A DNA stretch of 64,000 nt from an uncultured Dehalococcoidia bacterium (GCA_958296385.1 OY282494.1:2622981-2686980), one strand, 5' to 3'; counted from the first letter of the stretch, positions 7,798 through 19,497 are shown. The notes: generated by a model from the sequence alone, not told the origin. Program-made: numbers and translations.

Positions 7798-8847
7798 TCA
7801 CTTAAACACGGCCAGGCACTTGGTAGAGTTAAAGATGTAGGTTTCGCACCAGTCCACAATGTCGGCCCGGTAGCCCAGTTCGTCCATAGCCCCGGCGAGG
7901 CACATCCAGTTGAGCAATTCCTGCTGCCCGGCATCCTCAATCTGCGCCGTAGCTATTCGCCCCCAAGCCTGATAGTCGCCGGCTTTCAGCTCCGCGAACC
8001 GGGCCCGGTCAGACTCAATATCGGGGTACAGCCAATGGTGCTTTTCAGTCAGGAAAGCGTGCGACCACGATGACGACGCGATGAGCGCCACCCGCCACGG
8101 CGATTCTTGCAGCGCTTGCGCCGCCGCCGCGCCCACCTGCAAACACCGCTTGGGCGATGGGCCCGGCGGGTCCGGATCCGGCGAATGCTCAAAGCTGCCG
8201 CCCCGATTGCGGATAACCCGGCTGCCGTAGCAGTTCACCAGAAACGGCACCACCGGATAGTCAAACCCCTTGCGGTCGTAGTCCAGGTACAGCAGCGTGT
8301 TCAGGATGGCGTGGCCCAGCCCCGGCTCGTGCAGCGGCTGGTAGGCGTAAGCCATGTCAACGCCCCGGTCAATCAGTCCCGACACCAGCGCGCGGGCGCC
8401 GTTCTTGTGGCCGGAGTAGCGGAACCTCGCATCCGCCGTTTCGCCCCACACGTTGCGCCGGGTAGAGCCGTCGCTGCTGGCAAAAGGCCGGCAGTCAAAG
8501 TCATCGTAGGCCAGCACGCAGAAAGGCGGAATGATGTCCTCCCGAAAGTTCTCGTACTGGTCATCGCCCCAGATGACGACAAAATCGGGATTAAAAGCGT
8601 CCAGCTCCGCCCGCAGCCGGCGAAACCCGGCAACCAAACGCTCACGCAGCCGCACCGCCGCGGTGAACCCCTCATCCTCCCCATACTCAACCCGCATCGG
8701 TTCCGGCCAGTTCAGAGGATTCTTCATCGCAGCGGGCACCAACTCATTGGTACGCAGCGTCCGCTTGAGCGACGATTCGCCGTCCTCATCAGGACGGATT
8801 AGCGACGGCGAGTGCGTCAACCCCAATCCAAGCAGTTCAGCCATCAT
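7798..8847 (-). CDS. LigB/MhpB-like class III extradiol dioxygenase family protein (paralog A)
   Basis: LGLGLTHSP..., NPDFVVIWGDDQYENFREDIIPPFCV, GLGHAI, ASSSWSH line up by eye with the LSHSP / APDHYNGFF..PPFC / VDHGF / GGLSH blocks of MhpB-type enzymes. Confidence 0.7.
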   Translation of the reverse strand: MMAELLGLGLTHSPSLIRPDEDGESSLKRTLRTNELVPAAMKNPLNWPEPMRVEYGEDEGFTAAVRLRERLVAGFRRLRAELDAFNPDFVVIWGDDQYENFREDIIPPFCVLAYDDFDCRPFASSDGSTRRNVWGETADARFRYSGHKNGARALVSGLIDRGVDMAYAYQPLHEPGLGHAILNTLLYLDYDRKGFDYPVVPFLVNCYGSRVIRNRGGSFEHSPDPDPPGPSPKRCLQVGAAAAQALQESPWRVALIASSSWSHAFLTEKHHWLYPDIESDRARFAELKAGDYQAWGRIATAQIEDAGQQELLNWMCLAGAMDELGYRADIVDWCETYIFNSTKCLAVFK

Positions 8848-8922
8848 ACCCTCCTGTGGATTTGTCTCCGGGATAGATCTCCGGAGATGTGTCTCCAGCC
8901 GGTGCGTTACATGGACTGGCGG

Positions 8923-9969
8923 CTACTTGAAAATAGCCAGGCACTTGTTGGAGTTGAACACGTAGGTTTCCACGTAGTCCAGGATTTCGGGCTTGTACTT
9001 CAGAGTGTCCATCGCCCCGGCGAGGCACATCCAGTTGAGCATCTCCTGCTGCCCGGCATCCTCAACCTGGGCGGTAGATATGCGCCCCCATGCCTGATAA
9101 TCGCCGGCTTTCAGTTCCTCAAACCGCGCCCGGTCCGAGTCCACGTCGGGCCACAGCCAGTGGTGCTTTTCCACCAGAAAGCCGTGCGACCACGATGAGG
9201 ATGCGATGACAGCAACACGCCACGGCGATTCTTGCAGGGCCTGCGCCGCCGCCGCGCCCACCTCCATGCACCGCTTGGGCGATGGGCCGGGAGGGTCCGG
9301 GTCCGGCGAGTATTCAGTGCTGCCGCCCCGGTTGCGGATGACCCGGCTGCCGTAGCAGTTCACCAGAAAAGGCACCACCGGATAATCAAAGCCCTGCCGG
9401 TCGTAGTCCAGGTAAAGCAGCGTGTTCAGGATGGCGTGGCCCAAACCCGGTTCGTGCAAAGGCCGGTAGGCGTAAGCCATGTCAACGCCCCGGTCAATCA
9501 TACCGGACACCAGCGCGCGGGCGCCGTCCTTGTGCCCTTGATAGTTAAACACCTTGTCCCCGGGCTCACCCCAAACATTGCGCCGCTCCGACCCGTCCCG
9601 CCCGACAAACGGACGGCACTCGAAGTCATCATAGGCCAGCACACAGAAAGGCGGGATGATGTCCTCCCGAAAGTTCTCATACTGATCGTCGCCCCAGATG
9701 ACCACAAAGTCAGGGTTAAAGGCGTCCAGCTCGGCGCGGATGCGGCGAAAGCCGGCAACCAGCCGGGCCCGGTGTTCCAGCGACGACGCATAGCCCTCAT
9801 CCTCGCCATACTCCACGCGCATGGCTTCAGGCCAGTTGCTGGGATTCTGCAACTCCGCCGGCACCCGGTCATTGGTACGCAGCGTCCGCTTGAGCGGGAT
9901 AAGCTTGTCCTCGTCAGGCGCAATCAGGGGCGGATAATGGGTAAGGCCAAGGCCCAGAATTTCTGCCAT
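8923..9969 (-). CDS. LigB/MhpB-like class III extradiol dioxygenase family protein (paralog B)
   Basis: Colinear with paralog A and mostly identical by eye. Start chosen at MAEILGLGLTH (ATG 9969); the track ORF extends to 10032. Confidence 0.7.
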   Translation of the reverse strand: MAEILGLGLTHYPPLIAPDEDKLIPLKRTLRTNDRVPAELQNPSNWPEAMRVEYGEDEGYASSLEHRARLVAGFRRIRAELDAFNPDFVVIWGDDQYENFREDIIPPFCVLAYDDFECRPFVGRDGSERRNVWGEPGDKVFNYQGHKDGARALVSGMIDRGVDMAYAYRPLHEPGLGHAILNTLLYLDYDRQGFDYPVVPFLVNCYGSRVIRNRGGSTEYSPDPDPPGPSPKRCMEVGAAAAQALQESPWRVAVIASSSWSHGFLVEKHHWLWPDVDSDRARFEELKAGDYQAWGRISTAQVEDAGQQEMLNWMCLAGAMDTLKYKPEILDYVETYVFNSNKCLAIFK

Positions 9970-10130
9970 ATCGTCACCATCCGTAGCCGGAGTGTCAGCG
10001 GGATAATACAGCCGCCATTGTGCGTTCACCACCCCAACCTGTCAACCGAAAAGCAGCGCCCATTCGCCAGCGCGGGATAGCACGCTATCAGATATAGATG
10101 TGAACGGTAACTGCCAGATGCGAGGCTAAA

Positions 10131-10958
10131 CTATTCCGCCGGAGAATCCGGCTCAGAAACTCCGGCTTGCTCTTTGACCCGATTACGCAGATAGCGCCTC
10201 TCGGGCTCCGCCAGATCGCGTCCAATCTTTGACCTGCCGGCGCCGATCAATCGGGAATCATGTCCAGGAGCTAGTAAATCTCTGATCGAGAGAACGGCAA
10301 TACTGTTCCGCTCCGCCTGGCTTAGCGGTGCCAAAAATCCGTCAACGACGTTGTCTAAAATCGCCGATACTTCCGGGCTGATTTGGGAAACGTCGCTATC
10401 ATCAGCCGTCCAATGGGCGATGGTTGAATTGAAACTTAAAATCGCCTCAATGTCGGCTTTGCTCCATTCGGTGGTGGTGTCGGCCTCTTGCATAAGAAGC
10501 AGGGACTGATTCCCCCGGCTGGGTTCGATGCCGATCAGATGCACGCGAACCCCAAAGCTCTGCGCTATCTGTACGCCGATTCTGAGGTCTTCGTCTCCGG
10601 CGAGCAGAACTGCGTCGGAGATTGCATGATTGCGCGCCAGTTCAATAAGGTCGGTTACAATCAGCGAATCAACGCCTTTTTGCCGTCCGTCACGTACTAC
10701 GCCAAGTCGCAGCTTTACGTCGTCCATATAAGCCAAAAATTCTTGCGCCGGCGAAGGCCGTCCACCCAGCATACCGTCGTACCAATAGATACGAAGGAGG
10801 CGAATGTTATCCGCTTGTTTGCTTGCAGTTAAGCGCAACTTTGCAACAGCTTCCGGCAGGTTCAATTGACCCGCTCTACGGGGCTGCCTGGAGCCAGTAA
10901 GAGCCCTCAATCCGCCACTGTACAGATAGCCGGCATCCACAAATACCGCAACGGACAT
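10131..10958 (-). CDS. NYN-domain (LabA/DUF88-like) putative RNase with a C-terminal extension
   Basis: MSVAVFVDAGYLY...KGVDSLIVTDLIELA...DAVLLAGDEDL matches the NYN/PIN-like acidic motif pattern. The gene is visibly more A/T-rich than its neighbours. Confidence 0.7.
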   Translation of the reverse strand: MSVAVFVDAGYLYSGGLRALTGSRQPRRAGQLNLPEAVAKLRLTASKQADNIRLLRIYWYDGMLGGRPSPAQEFLAYMDDVKLRLGVVRDGRQKGVDSLIVTDLIELARNHAISDAVLLAGDEDLRIGVQIAQSFGVRVHLIGIEPSRGNQSLLLMQEADTTTEWSKADIEAILSFNSTIAHWTADDSDVSQISPEVSAILDNVVDGFLAPLSQAERNSIAVLSIRDLLAPGHDSRLIGAGRSKIGRDLAEPERRYLRNRVKEQAGVSEPDSPAE

Positions 10959-11105
10959 CAGCACACCGTCCCTTAAAAAATAACGGGGGGCCCGCGGGTC
11001 CCCCCTATCTAGTCCACGCTCCAACACTATCTACTATCCGGGAGTCGCTGGACAATGCCATATTACCAGTCGGGCAACGGCGTGTCAACCGAAATTCAGC
11101 CCCCT

Positions 11106-13547
11106 CTACCTCAGCTGCACCACTGTCACGCCGGCGGCGTCGCTGCCTTCGCCGGGGGTGGTGGTGGATACCAGGGGGTGGCCGGTTAGGTATTCGCGGA
11201 CGGCGCGGCGCAGGGCTCCGGTGCCTTTGCCGTGTACTATTTTTAGCGATGTCATCCCCTCCAGTGCGGCGTCGTCCAGCAGGGAATCGATGACGGACAG
11301 GGCCTCGTCCACCCGGTAGCCGTGCAGGTTGACTTCCGGGCTGAGCGTGCGCTTGTTGGCGGGGCGCCGGTACACCACGCCGGCCTGCTCGGCCGCCGGA
11401 TGCACCCGGTCGGCGGGGCGATCCAGCTGGTACACCGGGATGCGCGCCCGCATACTGCCGATGACTACCTCAACTTCCCGCTGGCTGTTGGGCGCGGACA
11501 CTATCTCAACGGGACGGGATACGCCCCGAATAAACACCCGGTCGCCCACCCGCAAATCCTCGTACCAGGGCGGCGCCGCCACCGGAATGGGCTGCCAGTC
11601 GGGAGCGGCGACCTCCCGCCGGGCCTGGGTGAGACGCTGCCGTTCCTGGCGCAATTCTGATTCGGAATCATCCCGCCCGGCGGTATCCTGCCCGGCGGCA
11701 TCCCGTCCGGCAGCGGCCCGCGTTTCCTGGCGCTGGGCGGCGCGCTCGGCGTTGCGTATCCGGCTCACCACGTCGGCAATCTGTCCCGTCAAATCCCGGC
11801 GCGCTTCCTCCACCAGTTCGGCTTTGGTTTCCTCCACCGCCGCCAGTCGTTCCGCCGCCGCCTGCTCGTGCGCGCGGGCGGCCGCCAGCGTCTGCTCCAC
11901 TTCCTGGCGCAGTTCGGACACCGTTACCCGTTCCTCTTGCAATTCCTGCAACAGCCGGTCGGTTGCAACGTGGGCGGGTATGAGGTGCGATTGGGCGCCG
12001 CTGATTACCGAGTCGGGCAGCCCCAGCCGGGCGGCGATGGTGAGGGCGTAGCTGCGGCCCGGCACGCCGTGCGTGAGCTGGTAGGTGGGTTCCAGCGAGC
12101 GGGGGTTCAGGTCAACGCTGGCGTTGGCCATGCCGGGCTGTTCCTGGGCCAGGCGGGCCACGTTGCGATGATGCGTGGTGGCCACCACCATAACGTTGCG
12201 GTTGCGAAACTCGGCCAGCAGCGCCGCCGCCAGCGCCGAACCCTCCTCCGGGTCCGTGGCCGAACCCAGCTCGTCAATCAGCACCAGCGAGCGGGGCGAT
12301 GCCTCGGCCATGATGAGGCGCAGGTTGCGGATGTGGCTGCTGAACGTGGACAGCGACTCAAAGATGCTCTGCTGGTCGCCGATGTCGGCGTAGATGCCGT
12401 CCAGCAGGGGTAGTTCGGCGGCGTCGGCCGGCACTTGCAGCCCGGCGTGGGCCATCATTGACAGCAGGCCCACCGTCTTGAGCGCCACCGTCTTGCCGCC
12501 GGCGTTGGGGCCGGTAATCAGCAGGACGCACTGGCCGTCGCCGATGGAAATAGCGGTAGGCACCACGTCGCCGGTGAGCAGCGGGTGCCGGGCGCCGGTC
12601 AGCCGGAGCCGGCGCGGTTCGCCGGGGCCGCTGACGTCGGGGGTAATCGCCCGCAGCGATGCGGCGTAGCGGCCTTTGGCGGCGGCCAGGTCCAGGCGGC
12701 CCAGCAGGTGCAGCGCCAGGTTGACGTCCTCGGCGCAGCGGCCCACCAGCGACGACAGGCGGCGCAGCACCCGTTCCTCCTCCCGCTGCTCGGCCAGACG
12801 AGTCTCCCGCCAGCGATTGCCCAGGTCGATGGCCGGCATCGGTTCGATAAACACGGTAGCGCCGCTGTCGGATACGTCGTGAACGATGCCGGGCGCCTGC
12901 CCCTTGAACTCGGTCTTGATGAGCAGCACCATCCGCCCGTTGCGCTCGGTGACCAGATTTTCCTGCGTAACCCCCGCCCGCTGGTAGCGGCGCAAAGAGC
13001 GCTGCATGATGTCGTTCAGCGACGAGAACGCGCTGCGGGAATCACGCCGCAGCCGGGCCAGCTCCGGAGATGCCGAGTCCAGCACCTCGCCGGCCGGGCT
13101 GATGGCCTGGCGAATTGTGCTTTCCAGGTCGGGCAAGTCGGGGAAATTCTGAGCGAGGGAGGCCAGCAGGGGCAGGTCATCCCGCTGTCCCAGGGCCTCA
13201 CGGTTCCAGCGGGCCGCCGCCGCCAGCGCGCCAAAATTGCGCAGCTCCTCGCCGCGCAGGACGCCGCCCAGCAAAGCCCGCTGCACGGCGGGGCGCAAAT
13301 CCTCAGCGGGGCCAAGCTCCAAAGCCCCGGTAGTATCCAGCAAACGGCGGGCCTCGGCCGATTCCTGCTGCCGCATCGCCACATCCCGCCCATCGGCCGA
13401 GGGCGCCAACGCCAAAGCCGCCTCCGCGCCGATTACAGTCCGCGTAGTAGCCGCCAGCCGCTGCCGAATCTGGTCAAACTCCAGCAACCCCAAAGCCCGC
13501 TGAAACCCGTCAACCGGCGGGGCCGTCATATCATCCAATGCTGTCAT
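11106..13547 (-). CDS. mutS2: Endonuclease MutS2 (MutS domain V ATPase + C-terminal Smr domain)
   Basis: ITGPNAGGKTVALKTVGL (Walker A), LVLIDELGSATDPEEG (Walker B), and a C-terminal Smr domain: EVNLHGYRVDEAL...KIVHGKGTGALR. Confidence 0.92.
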   Translation of the reverse strand: MTALDDMTAPPVDGFQRALGLLEFDQIRQRLAATTRTVIGAEAALALAPSADGRDVAMRQQESAEARRLLDTTGALELGPAEDLRPAVQRALLGGVLRGEELRNFGALAAAARWNREALGQRDDLPLLASLAQNFPDLPDLESTIRQAISPAGEVLDSASPELARLRRDSRSAFSSLNDIMQRSLRRYQRAGVTQENLVTERNGRMVLLIKTEFKGQAPGIVHDVSDSGATVFIEPMPAIDLGNRWRETRLAEQREEERVLRRLSSLVGRCAEDVNLALHLLGRLDLAAAKGRYAASLRAITPDVSGPGEPRRLRLTGARHPLLTGDVVPTAISIGDGQCVLLITGPNAGGKTVALKTVGLLSMMAHAGLQVPADAAELPLLDGIYADIGDQQSIFESLSTFSSHIRNLRLIMAEASPRSLVLIDELGSATDPEEGSALAAALLAEFRNRNVMVVATTHHRNVARLAQEQPGMANASVDLNPRSLEPTYQLTHGVPGRSYALTIAARLGLPDSVISGAQSHLIPAHVATDRLLQELQEERVTVSELRQEVEQTLAAARAHEQAAAERLAAVEETKAELVEEARRDLTGQIADVVSRIRNAERAAQRQETRAAAGRDAAGQDTAGRDDSESELRQERQRLTQARREVAAPDWQPIPVAAPPWYEDLRVGDRVFIRGVSRPVEIVSAPNSQREVEVVIGSMRARIPVYQLDRPADRVHPAAEQAGVVYRRPANKRTLSPEVNLHGYRVDEALSVIDSLLDDAALEGMTSLKIVHGKGTGALRRAVREYLTGHPLVSTTTPGEGSDAAGVTVVQLR

Positions 13548-13752
13548 AGCTAGAGATTATAACCGCACCGGCGCAATACGCATCACCTTCAACGCCGATT
13601 TCCGGCTGTCCTGTCCCCGTCATTGTTCAGCAGGCAGTAGAATCTCAACCCGTGCAACGCACACTGCGCGGGACAATGCCGGAACCGCGCCATTTAGGGT
13701 ATTATATGGGCCTGAATCCTAGTCCGTTTCACCGTCTGCCGCGCTGAGAGCT

Positions 13753-15059
<1,307 letters not shown>

Positions 15060-15063
<4 letters not shown>

Positions 15064-16151
15064 CCCCGGCAAGCACATCAGCCGCAACCGATACGTCCGC
15101 CGCAAACAAGCCGGCATCAGGCCAGGGTGCTTTTGCCGGCCCGTGGCGCATTACGTTTGACACCAACCCCGACGATTGCAACCTGCGCTGCATTATGTGC
15201 GAGGACCACTCGCCGTACAGCAGCACGCAGCGCGACCGCCGCGCCGCCGGGCTGCCCAAGCGCCGTATGGACATCGGCCTAATCCGGCGGGTCATTGCCG
15301 ACGCCGCCGGCAGCGGCCTGCGGGAAATCATCCCGTCCACCATGGGCGAGCCGCTGCTCTATCGCCACATCGACGAAATCATTGACCTGTGCGGCGAATA
15401 CGGCGTCAAGCTGAATCTGACCACCAACGGCACCTTTCCCAGCCGGGGCGCGCGGGCTTGGGCGGAGCGTATCGTGCCGGTGGGTTCCGACGTCAAAATA
15501 TCCTGGAACGGGGCGACGAAAGCGACGCAGGAACGGGTGATGCTGGGTTCCAACTGGGAGCGGGTGGTGGAGAACGTGGGGACGTTTGTTGACGTGCGGG
15601 ACGCGCACGCGGCGGCCGGCGGCAATAGGTGCCGGGTTACTTTCCAGCTGACTTTTATGGAAACCAATCAAGTCGAGCTGCCGGACGTGGTGGAGTTGGC
15701 CGCTCAGCTGGGCGTTGACCGCGTAAAGGGGCATCATCTGTGGGTGCATACTCCGGAGATGCGCGGCCAGTCGATGCGACGCAGCCCGGAGGCCGTCGCC
15801 GGGTGGAATGCAACGGTGGCGGCGGCTTACGCGGCCGCAGAACGCCGGCGGCTGCCCGACGGACGCCGGGTGCTGCTGGAGGGCATCTTTCCGCTGGATG
15901 ATGCCGACGGCGGCGATATTGCTCAGGGCGGCGAGTGTCCCTTTCTGGGGCAAGAGGCGTGGGTGGCGTCCGACGGGCGGTTCAACCCCTGCTGCGCCCC
16001 CGACGTACTCCGCAAAACGCTGGGCGATTTTGGCAACCTCAACGAGCAGAGCCTGCGCGCAATCTGGCAAAGCGCCGGCTATCAGGATTTGCGCGCCGGC
16101 TACATGGCCAAGCCCCTCTGCCAGGGCTGCAATATGCGGCGTCCGCAATGA
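15060..16151 (+). CDS. Radical SAM enzyme with C-terminal SPASM/twitch domain
   Basis: CNLRCIMCE (CxxxCxxC). C-terminal CPFLGQEAWVASDGRFNPCC...GNLNEQSLRAIW...CQGCNMR is typical of an auxiliary-cluster SPASM domain. Coupled by ATGA overlaps at both ends. Confidence 0.85.
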
Positions 16152-17875
16152 GTCCGTCTGCAACAAATCCGGCGGGCAGCTGGCGGGAATACGCCATCGC
16201 TATTGACGGCACCCATCATCTGCATCGGGGTCGTCCGGCCTACGACCGGCGCTTTGCGGAGGTGCTGAAGTTTCACGAACCCGGCCTGGCTCCGGTCAGC
16301 GATGCCGGCGGGGCCTATCACATCAAGCCAGACGGCGGGGCCGCTTACGACGGGCGCCACCGGCGTACTTTCGGATTTTACGAGGGCTGCGCCGCCGTCC
16401 AATCGGCAGACGGCTGGCATCACATCCGGCCCGACGGCGCGCCGCTTTACGCCCAACGCTACGGCTGGTGCGGCAACTTTCAGCAGGGGCGCTGTCCGGT
16501 TCGGGATGCCGCCGGCCGCTACTTTCACATCCGGCCCGACGGAACGCCGGCTTATGCGGAACGCTACCGCTACGCCGGCGATTACCGGGATGGCTGCGCC
16601 GTCGTGCAGAACGACGCCGGCGGCCATACGCATATTGATGCTGATGGCGTGCAACTGCACGGCCGATGGTTCCGCGATTTGGACGTGTTTCACAAGGGCT
16701 ACGCCCGCGCCGCCGACGCCGGGGGCTGGCACCACGTGGACGCGGCGGGGCAGCCGTTGTACGGCGGGCGGTTCCGGATGGTGGAACCCTTTTACAACGG
16801 GCAGGCGCGGGTGGAGGGACACGACGGTGCGCTGGCGGTCATTGACGAATCGGGCCGCGAAATCGTGCGGCTCCGGGAACCGATGACTTCCTCTTTAATG
16901 GCGCTGTCCGGTTTAATGGCGCTGTCCGGCGATATGGTGGGAGTGTGGAAAACGCAGGCCATCCGCGGGGCGGTTGAGCTGGGGATTTTTGACATCCTGC
17001 CGGCCGCATCCGATGCCGTCGATGCGATATTGGGCCTGGCGCCGTCGCATGGGGCGCGGCTGCTGCGGGCGCTGCGGGAGCTGGGGCTGGTTCAGCTTGA
17101 TGCCGCCGGGATTTACCACGCCACCGGCAAGGGCGCGCATCTGCAAACCGGCCACGATTTGTCGCTGGCCGCCGCCGCTCAGCATTGGGGCGAACTTTCC
17201 AATCAGGCATGGCGCGGGCTGGCCCACTCGTTGCGCACCGGGCAGCCGGCGTCTGCGGACGGCAGCGGCAACTTTTTCGACCGGCTGTCCCGGCAACCGG
17301 ACGAACTGGCGGCTAGTCACCGGATGTACGCCGCCTACGCCCGGCACGATTACGCTGCCCTGCCTGCAATCTGGGATTTCAGCATCCACGATGCCGTGCT
17401 GGACGCCGGCGGCAGCACCGGCGAACTGGCCTTCGCCCTGCTGCGGGCCAACCCGTCAATGCAAGCCGCCGTGCTGGACCGGCCGGAGGTTGAAAGCCGG
17501 TTTGACCCGCCGGCTGACGTCAAAGGCCGCTGCCGGTTCGTGGCCGGCGATTTATTCCGGGAATGGCCGGCGCAATGCGATGCGGTGATACTGGCCCGCG
17601 TGCTGCACGACTGGCCCGATGACGACGCCCGCTGGATTCTGGCCCGTGCCAGAGAATCTATGCCCGCTGGCGGCAGTCTTTACGTAGTTGAGATGCTGTT
17701 AGATGACGACACCGGCGCCGGCGGGCTGCTCGACCTGAATATGCTGGTGATGACCGGCGGGCGGGAACGCACGGCGGCGCAGTTCCGGCAACTGCTCGCC
17801 GACGCCGGATTCCATCTGTTCGAGATACGCCCTACCGGAACGGTGAACGCCCTGCTGTGCGCGCAGGCAGAATGA
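16148..17875 (+). CDS. WG-type beta-repeat domain fused to a class I SAM-dependent O-methyltransferase (family-2 OMT with dimerisation domain)
   Basis: About seven ~30-aa repeats (Y..R[FY]....F..G.A.V....G..HI.PDG.P.Y), then LDAGGSTGELAFALL (SAM motif I), GDLF..WP, ILARVLHDW. ATG 16148 overlaps the upstream stop. Confidence 0.8.
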   Translation: MSPSATNPAGSWREYAIAIDGTHHLHRGRPAYDRRFAEVLKFHEPGLAPVSDAGGAYHIKPDGGAAYDGRHRRTFGFYEGCAAVQSADGWHHIRPDGAPLYAQRYGWCGNFQQGRCPVRDAAGRYFHIRPDGTPAYAERYRYAGDYRDGCAVVQNDAGGHTHIDADGVQLHGRWFRDLDVFHKGYARAADAGGWHHVDAAGQPLYGGRFRMVEPFYNGQARVEGHDGALAVIDESGREIVRLREPMTSSLMALSGLMALSGDMVGVWKTQAIRGAVELGIFDILPAASDAVDAILGLAPSHGARLLRALRELGLVQLDAAGIYHATGKGAHLQTGHDLSLAAAAQHWGELSNQAWRGLAHSLRTGQPASADGSGNFFDRLSRQPDELAASHRMYAAYARHDYAALPAIWDFSIHDAVLDAGGSTGELAFALLRANPSMQAAVLDRPEVESRFDPPADVKGRCRFVAGDLFREWPAQCDAVILARVLHDWPDDDARWILARARESMPAGGSLYVVEMLLDDDTGAGGLLDLNMLVMTGGRERTAAQFRQLLADAGFHLFEIRPTGTVNALLCAQAE

Positions 17876-18540
17876 CCAAGCCCGATGGCGCCGCCCGCAC
17901 GTTGGCGCTGCTGGACAGGACGCCGGCCGATTCCGCCGTTGCCATCGTGCTGCGCCACGCGGAACGAGAGGTAATCCCGCCGGGCGCTTTCGGCAACGAC
18001 GTACCGTTGACCCGGCGGGGCCAAGATTCCGCGCATCGCCTCGGTGCCGGCTTGTCGCATCGGATGGCGGCAACCGTGCAGACTAGCCCGCTGCTGCGCT
18101 GTACGCAGACTGCCGACGCCATCATCGCCGGCGCCGGATGGACGATTGACGCAATCCCCAATCAACTGCTGGGCAGCCCCGGCCCTTTCGTAACGCAGCC
18201 AGACTTGGCCGGGCAACTCATTCTGGACATCGGCATCGCGGCGGCGGTGCGCCGGCAACTGGCGGGGGGTGAACCGCCCGACGGTATGCGCGCCGCCGCT
18301 GCTGGGGTGCGGCTGGTGCTGGGCCAACTGGCCAAGGCACTGGCCGCGCCGGGCAGCATCAGCCTGTTCGTTACCCACGACGCCGTGCTTGCGGTGCTGG
18401 TGGGCAGTCTGTACGGCTTGACACCGCCGGGTTTTGGCTGGCCCGATTACCTGGACGGCCTGGTGATGTGGCCGGAATCAGGCCGGCTGCGGTTTCTCTG
18501 GCGCGGATTGGACGAGGGTTCGCACCCAATCGGCGGTTAG
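17872..18540 (+). CDS. Histidine phosphatase (phosphoglycerate-mutase-like) family protein
   Basis: AIVLRHAERE (RHG-type motif) and a downstream FVTHDAVL histidine. ATG 17872 overlaps the upstream stop (ATGA). Confidence 0.7.
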   Translation: MTKPDGAARTLALLDRTPADSAVAIVLRHAEREVIPPGAFGNDVPLTRRGQDSAHRLGAGLSHRMAATVQTSPLLRCTQTADAIIAGAGWTIDAIPNQLLGSPGPFVTQPDLAGQLILDIGIAAAVRRQLAGGEPPDGMRAAAAGVRLVLGQLAKALAAPGSISLFVTHDAVLAVLVGSLYGLTPPGFGWPDYLDGLVMWPESGRLRFLWRGLDEGSHPIGG

Positions 18541-19497
18541 ACGCACCGCCGCTTGGGGCGATACCTGGGGCGCGTGGCCCAGGATGCGGCGCGCTTTGTC
18601 GGTGCTGAACGCCTCTCGCTGTCCATCCTCGCCAGGACGGTAGCCGACGTATTCGATGGGCACGTCAGCGCCGGCGGCCTCAAGGCACCATCCGGCCAGC
18701 TCGGCGACGGTATGCTCCGCGCCGCTCCCCACAAAGAACTTCTCGCCAACGACCAACTCGTCCGGCGCCTCGATGACCCGCACCCACGCCGCGATGACGT
18801 CATCTATAAACGACAAATCCCGCGTCTGCCGCCCGCCCTCAACCACTAACGGCAGGCCGTGCAGAGCGTTCCAAAGCCACTTAAAGATGAACACTTCCCG
18901 GCGCATCTGCGGCCCAATGACCACGCCCGTGCTCAGCACCACCGCCGGGACGCCGTAGGCCCGGTGCCACGCCCACATCGCCAGTTCCGCCGCCGCTTTG
19001 GAGAACCCGTAGGGGTTGTGCGGCGTCAACGGGTGGCTTTCGTCGATGGGCAGCTGCGACGGCCTCCCTATCTCGTTGCCGGAGCCGGCGAACAGCACTT
19101 TTCCGACGCCGCCGGCGCGACGCACCGCCTCCAGCAGGGCCAGCGTGCCGTCAATGTTCTGCATTGCAGTATAGCGGGGCGAAGCAAAAGCCATCGGAGT
19201 ATCAGCCTGCGCCGCCAGATGCGCCACCACCGAATGCCCTGCCACATCCCCCGGCTGCAAGTCCTGAAGGCTCTGCCAAAGATAACGAAAATCCGGATGC
19301 TCCAACTCCCAACGCAGCAACCCCGCGTGCAGCGGCGGCACAACATCCAGCCCGGTAACCCGGTGGCCACGATTCAGCAGTTCCCGAACCAGCCGAGAAC
19401 CCCCAAACCCGGCGGCCCCGGTGACCAGCGCCGTTGCCGGAGGGCTTTCCACCGGGCCATCTTGATGTTGGTTATCCTGTAGCTGCAAGGGTAACAA
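18478..19497 (-). CDS. NAD-dependent epimerase/dehydratase (extended SDR)
   Basis: LVTGAAGFGGSRLVRELLNRGHRVTGLD Rossmann motif, with YGFSKAAAE (YxxxK). The start is ambiguous (TTG 19497 or GTG 19452). The 3' end overlaps the convergent phosphatase gene by about 60 nt. Confidence 0.85.
   Translation of the reverse strand: MLPLQLQDNQHQDGPVESPPATALVTGAAGFGGSRLVRELLNRGHRVTGLDVVPPLHAGLLRWELEHPDFRYLWQSLQDLQPGDVAGHSVVAHLAAQADTPMAFASPRYTAMQNIDGTLALLEAVRRAGGVGKVLFAGSGNEIGRPSQLPIDESHPLTPHNPYGFSKAAAELAMWAWHRAYGVPAVVLSTGVVIGPQMRREVFIFKWLWNALHGLPLVVEGGRQTRDLSFIDDVIAAWVRVIEAPDELVVGEKFFVGSGAEHTVAELAGWCLEAAGADVPIEYVGYRPGEDGQREAFSTDKARRILGHAPQVSPQAAVRLTADWVRTLVQSAPEKPQPA

Noticed and set aside
13706-13747. 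13-codon mini-ORF (MGLNPSPFHRLPR) just upstream of the GT4/radical-SAM operon, considered as a RiPP precursor for the SPASM enzyme.
   Set aside because: It has no RBS, its ATG lies inside a TATTAT -10-like element, there is no Cys/Ser/Thr-rich core, and it is too short to hold a leader plus core. The link could not be supported from sequence.
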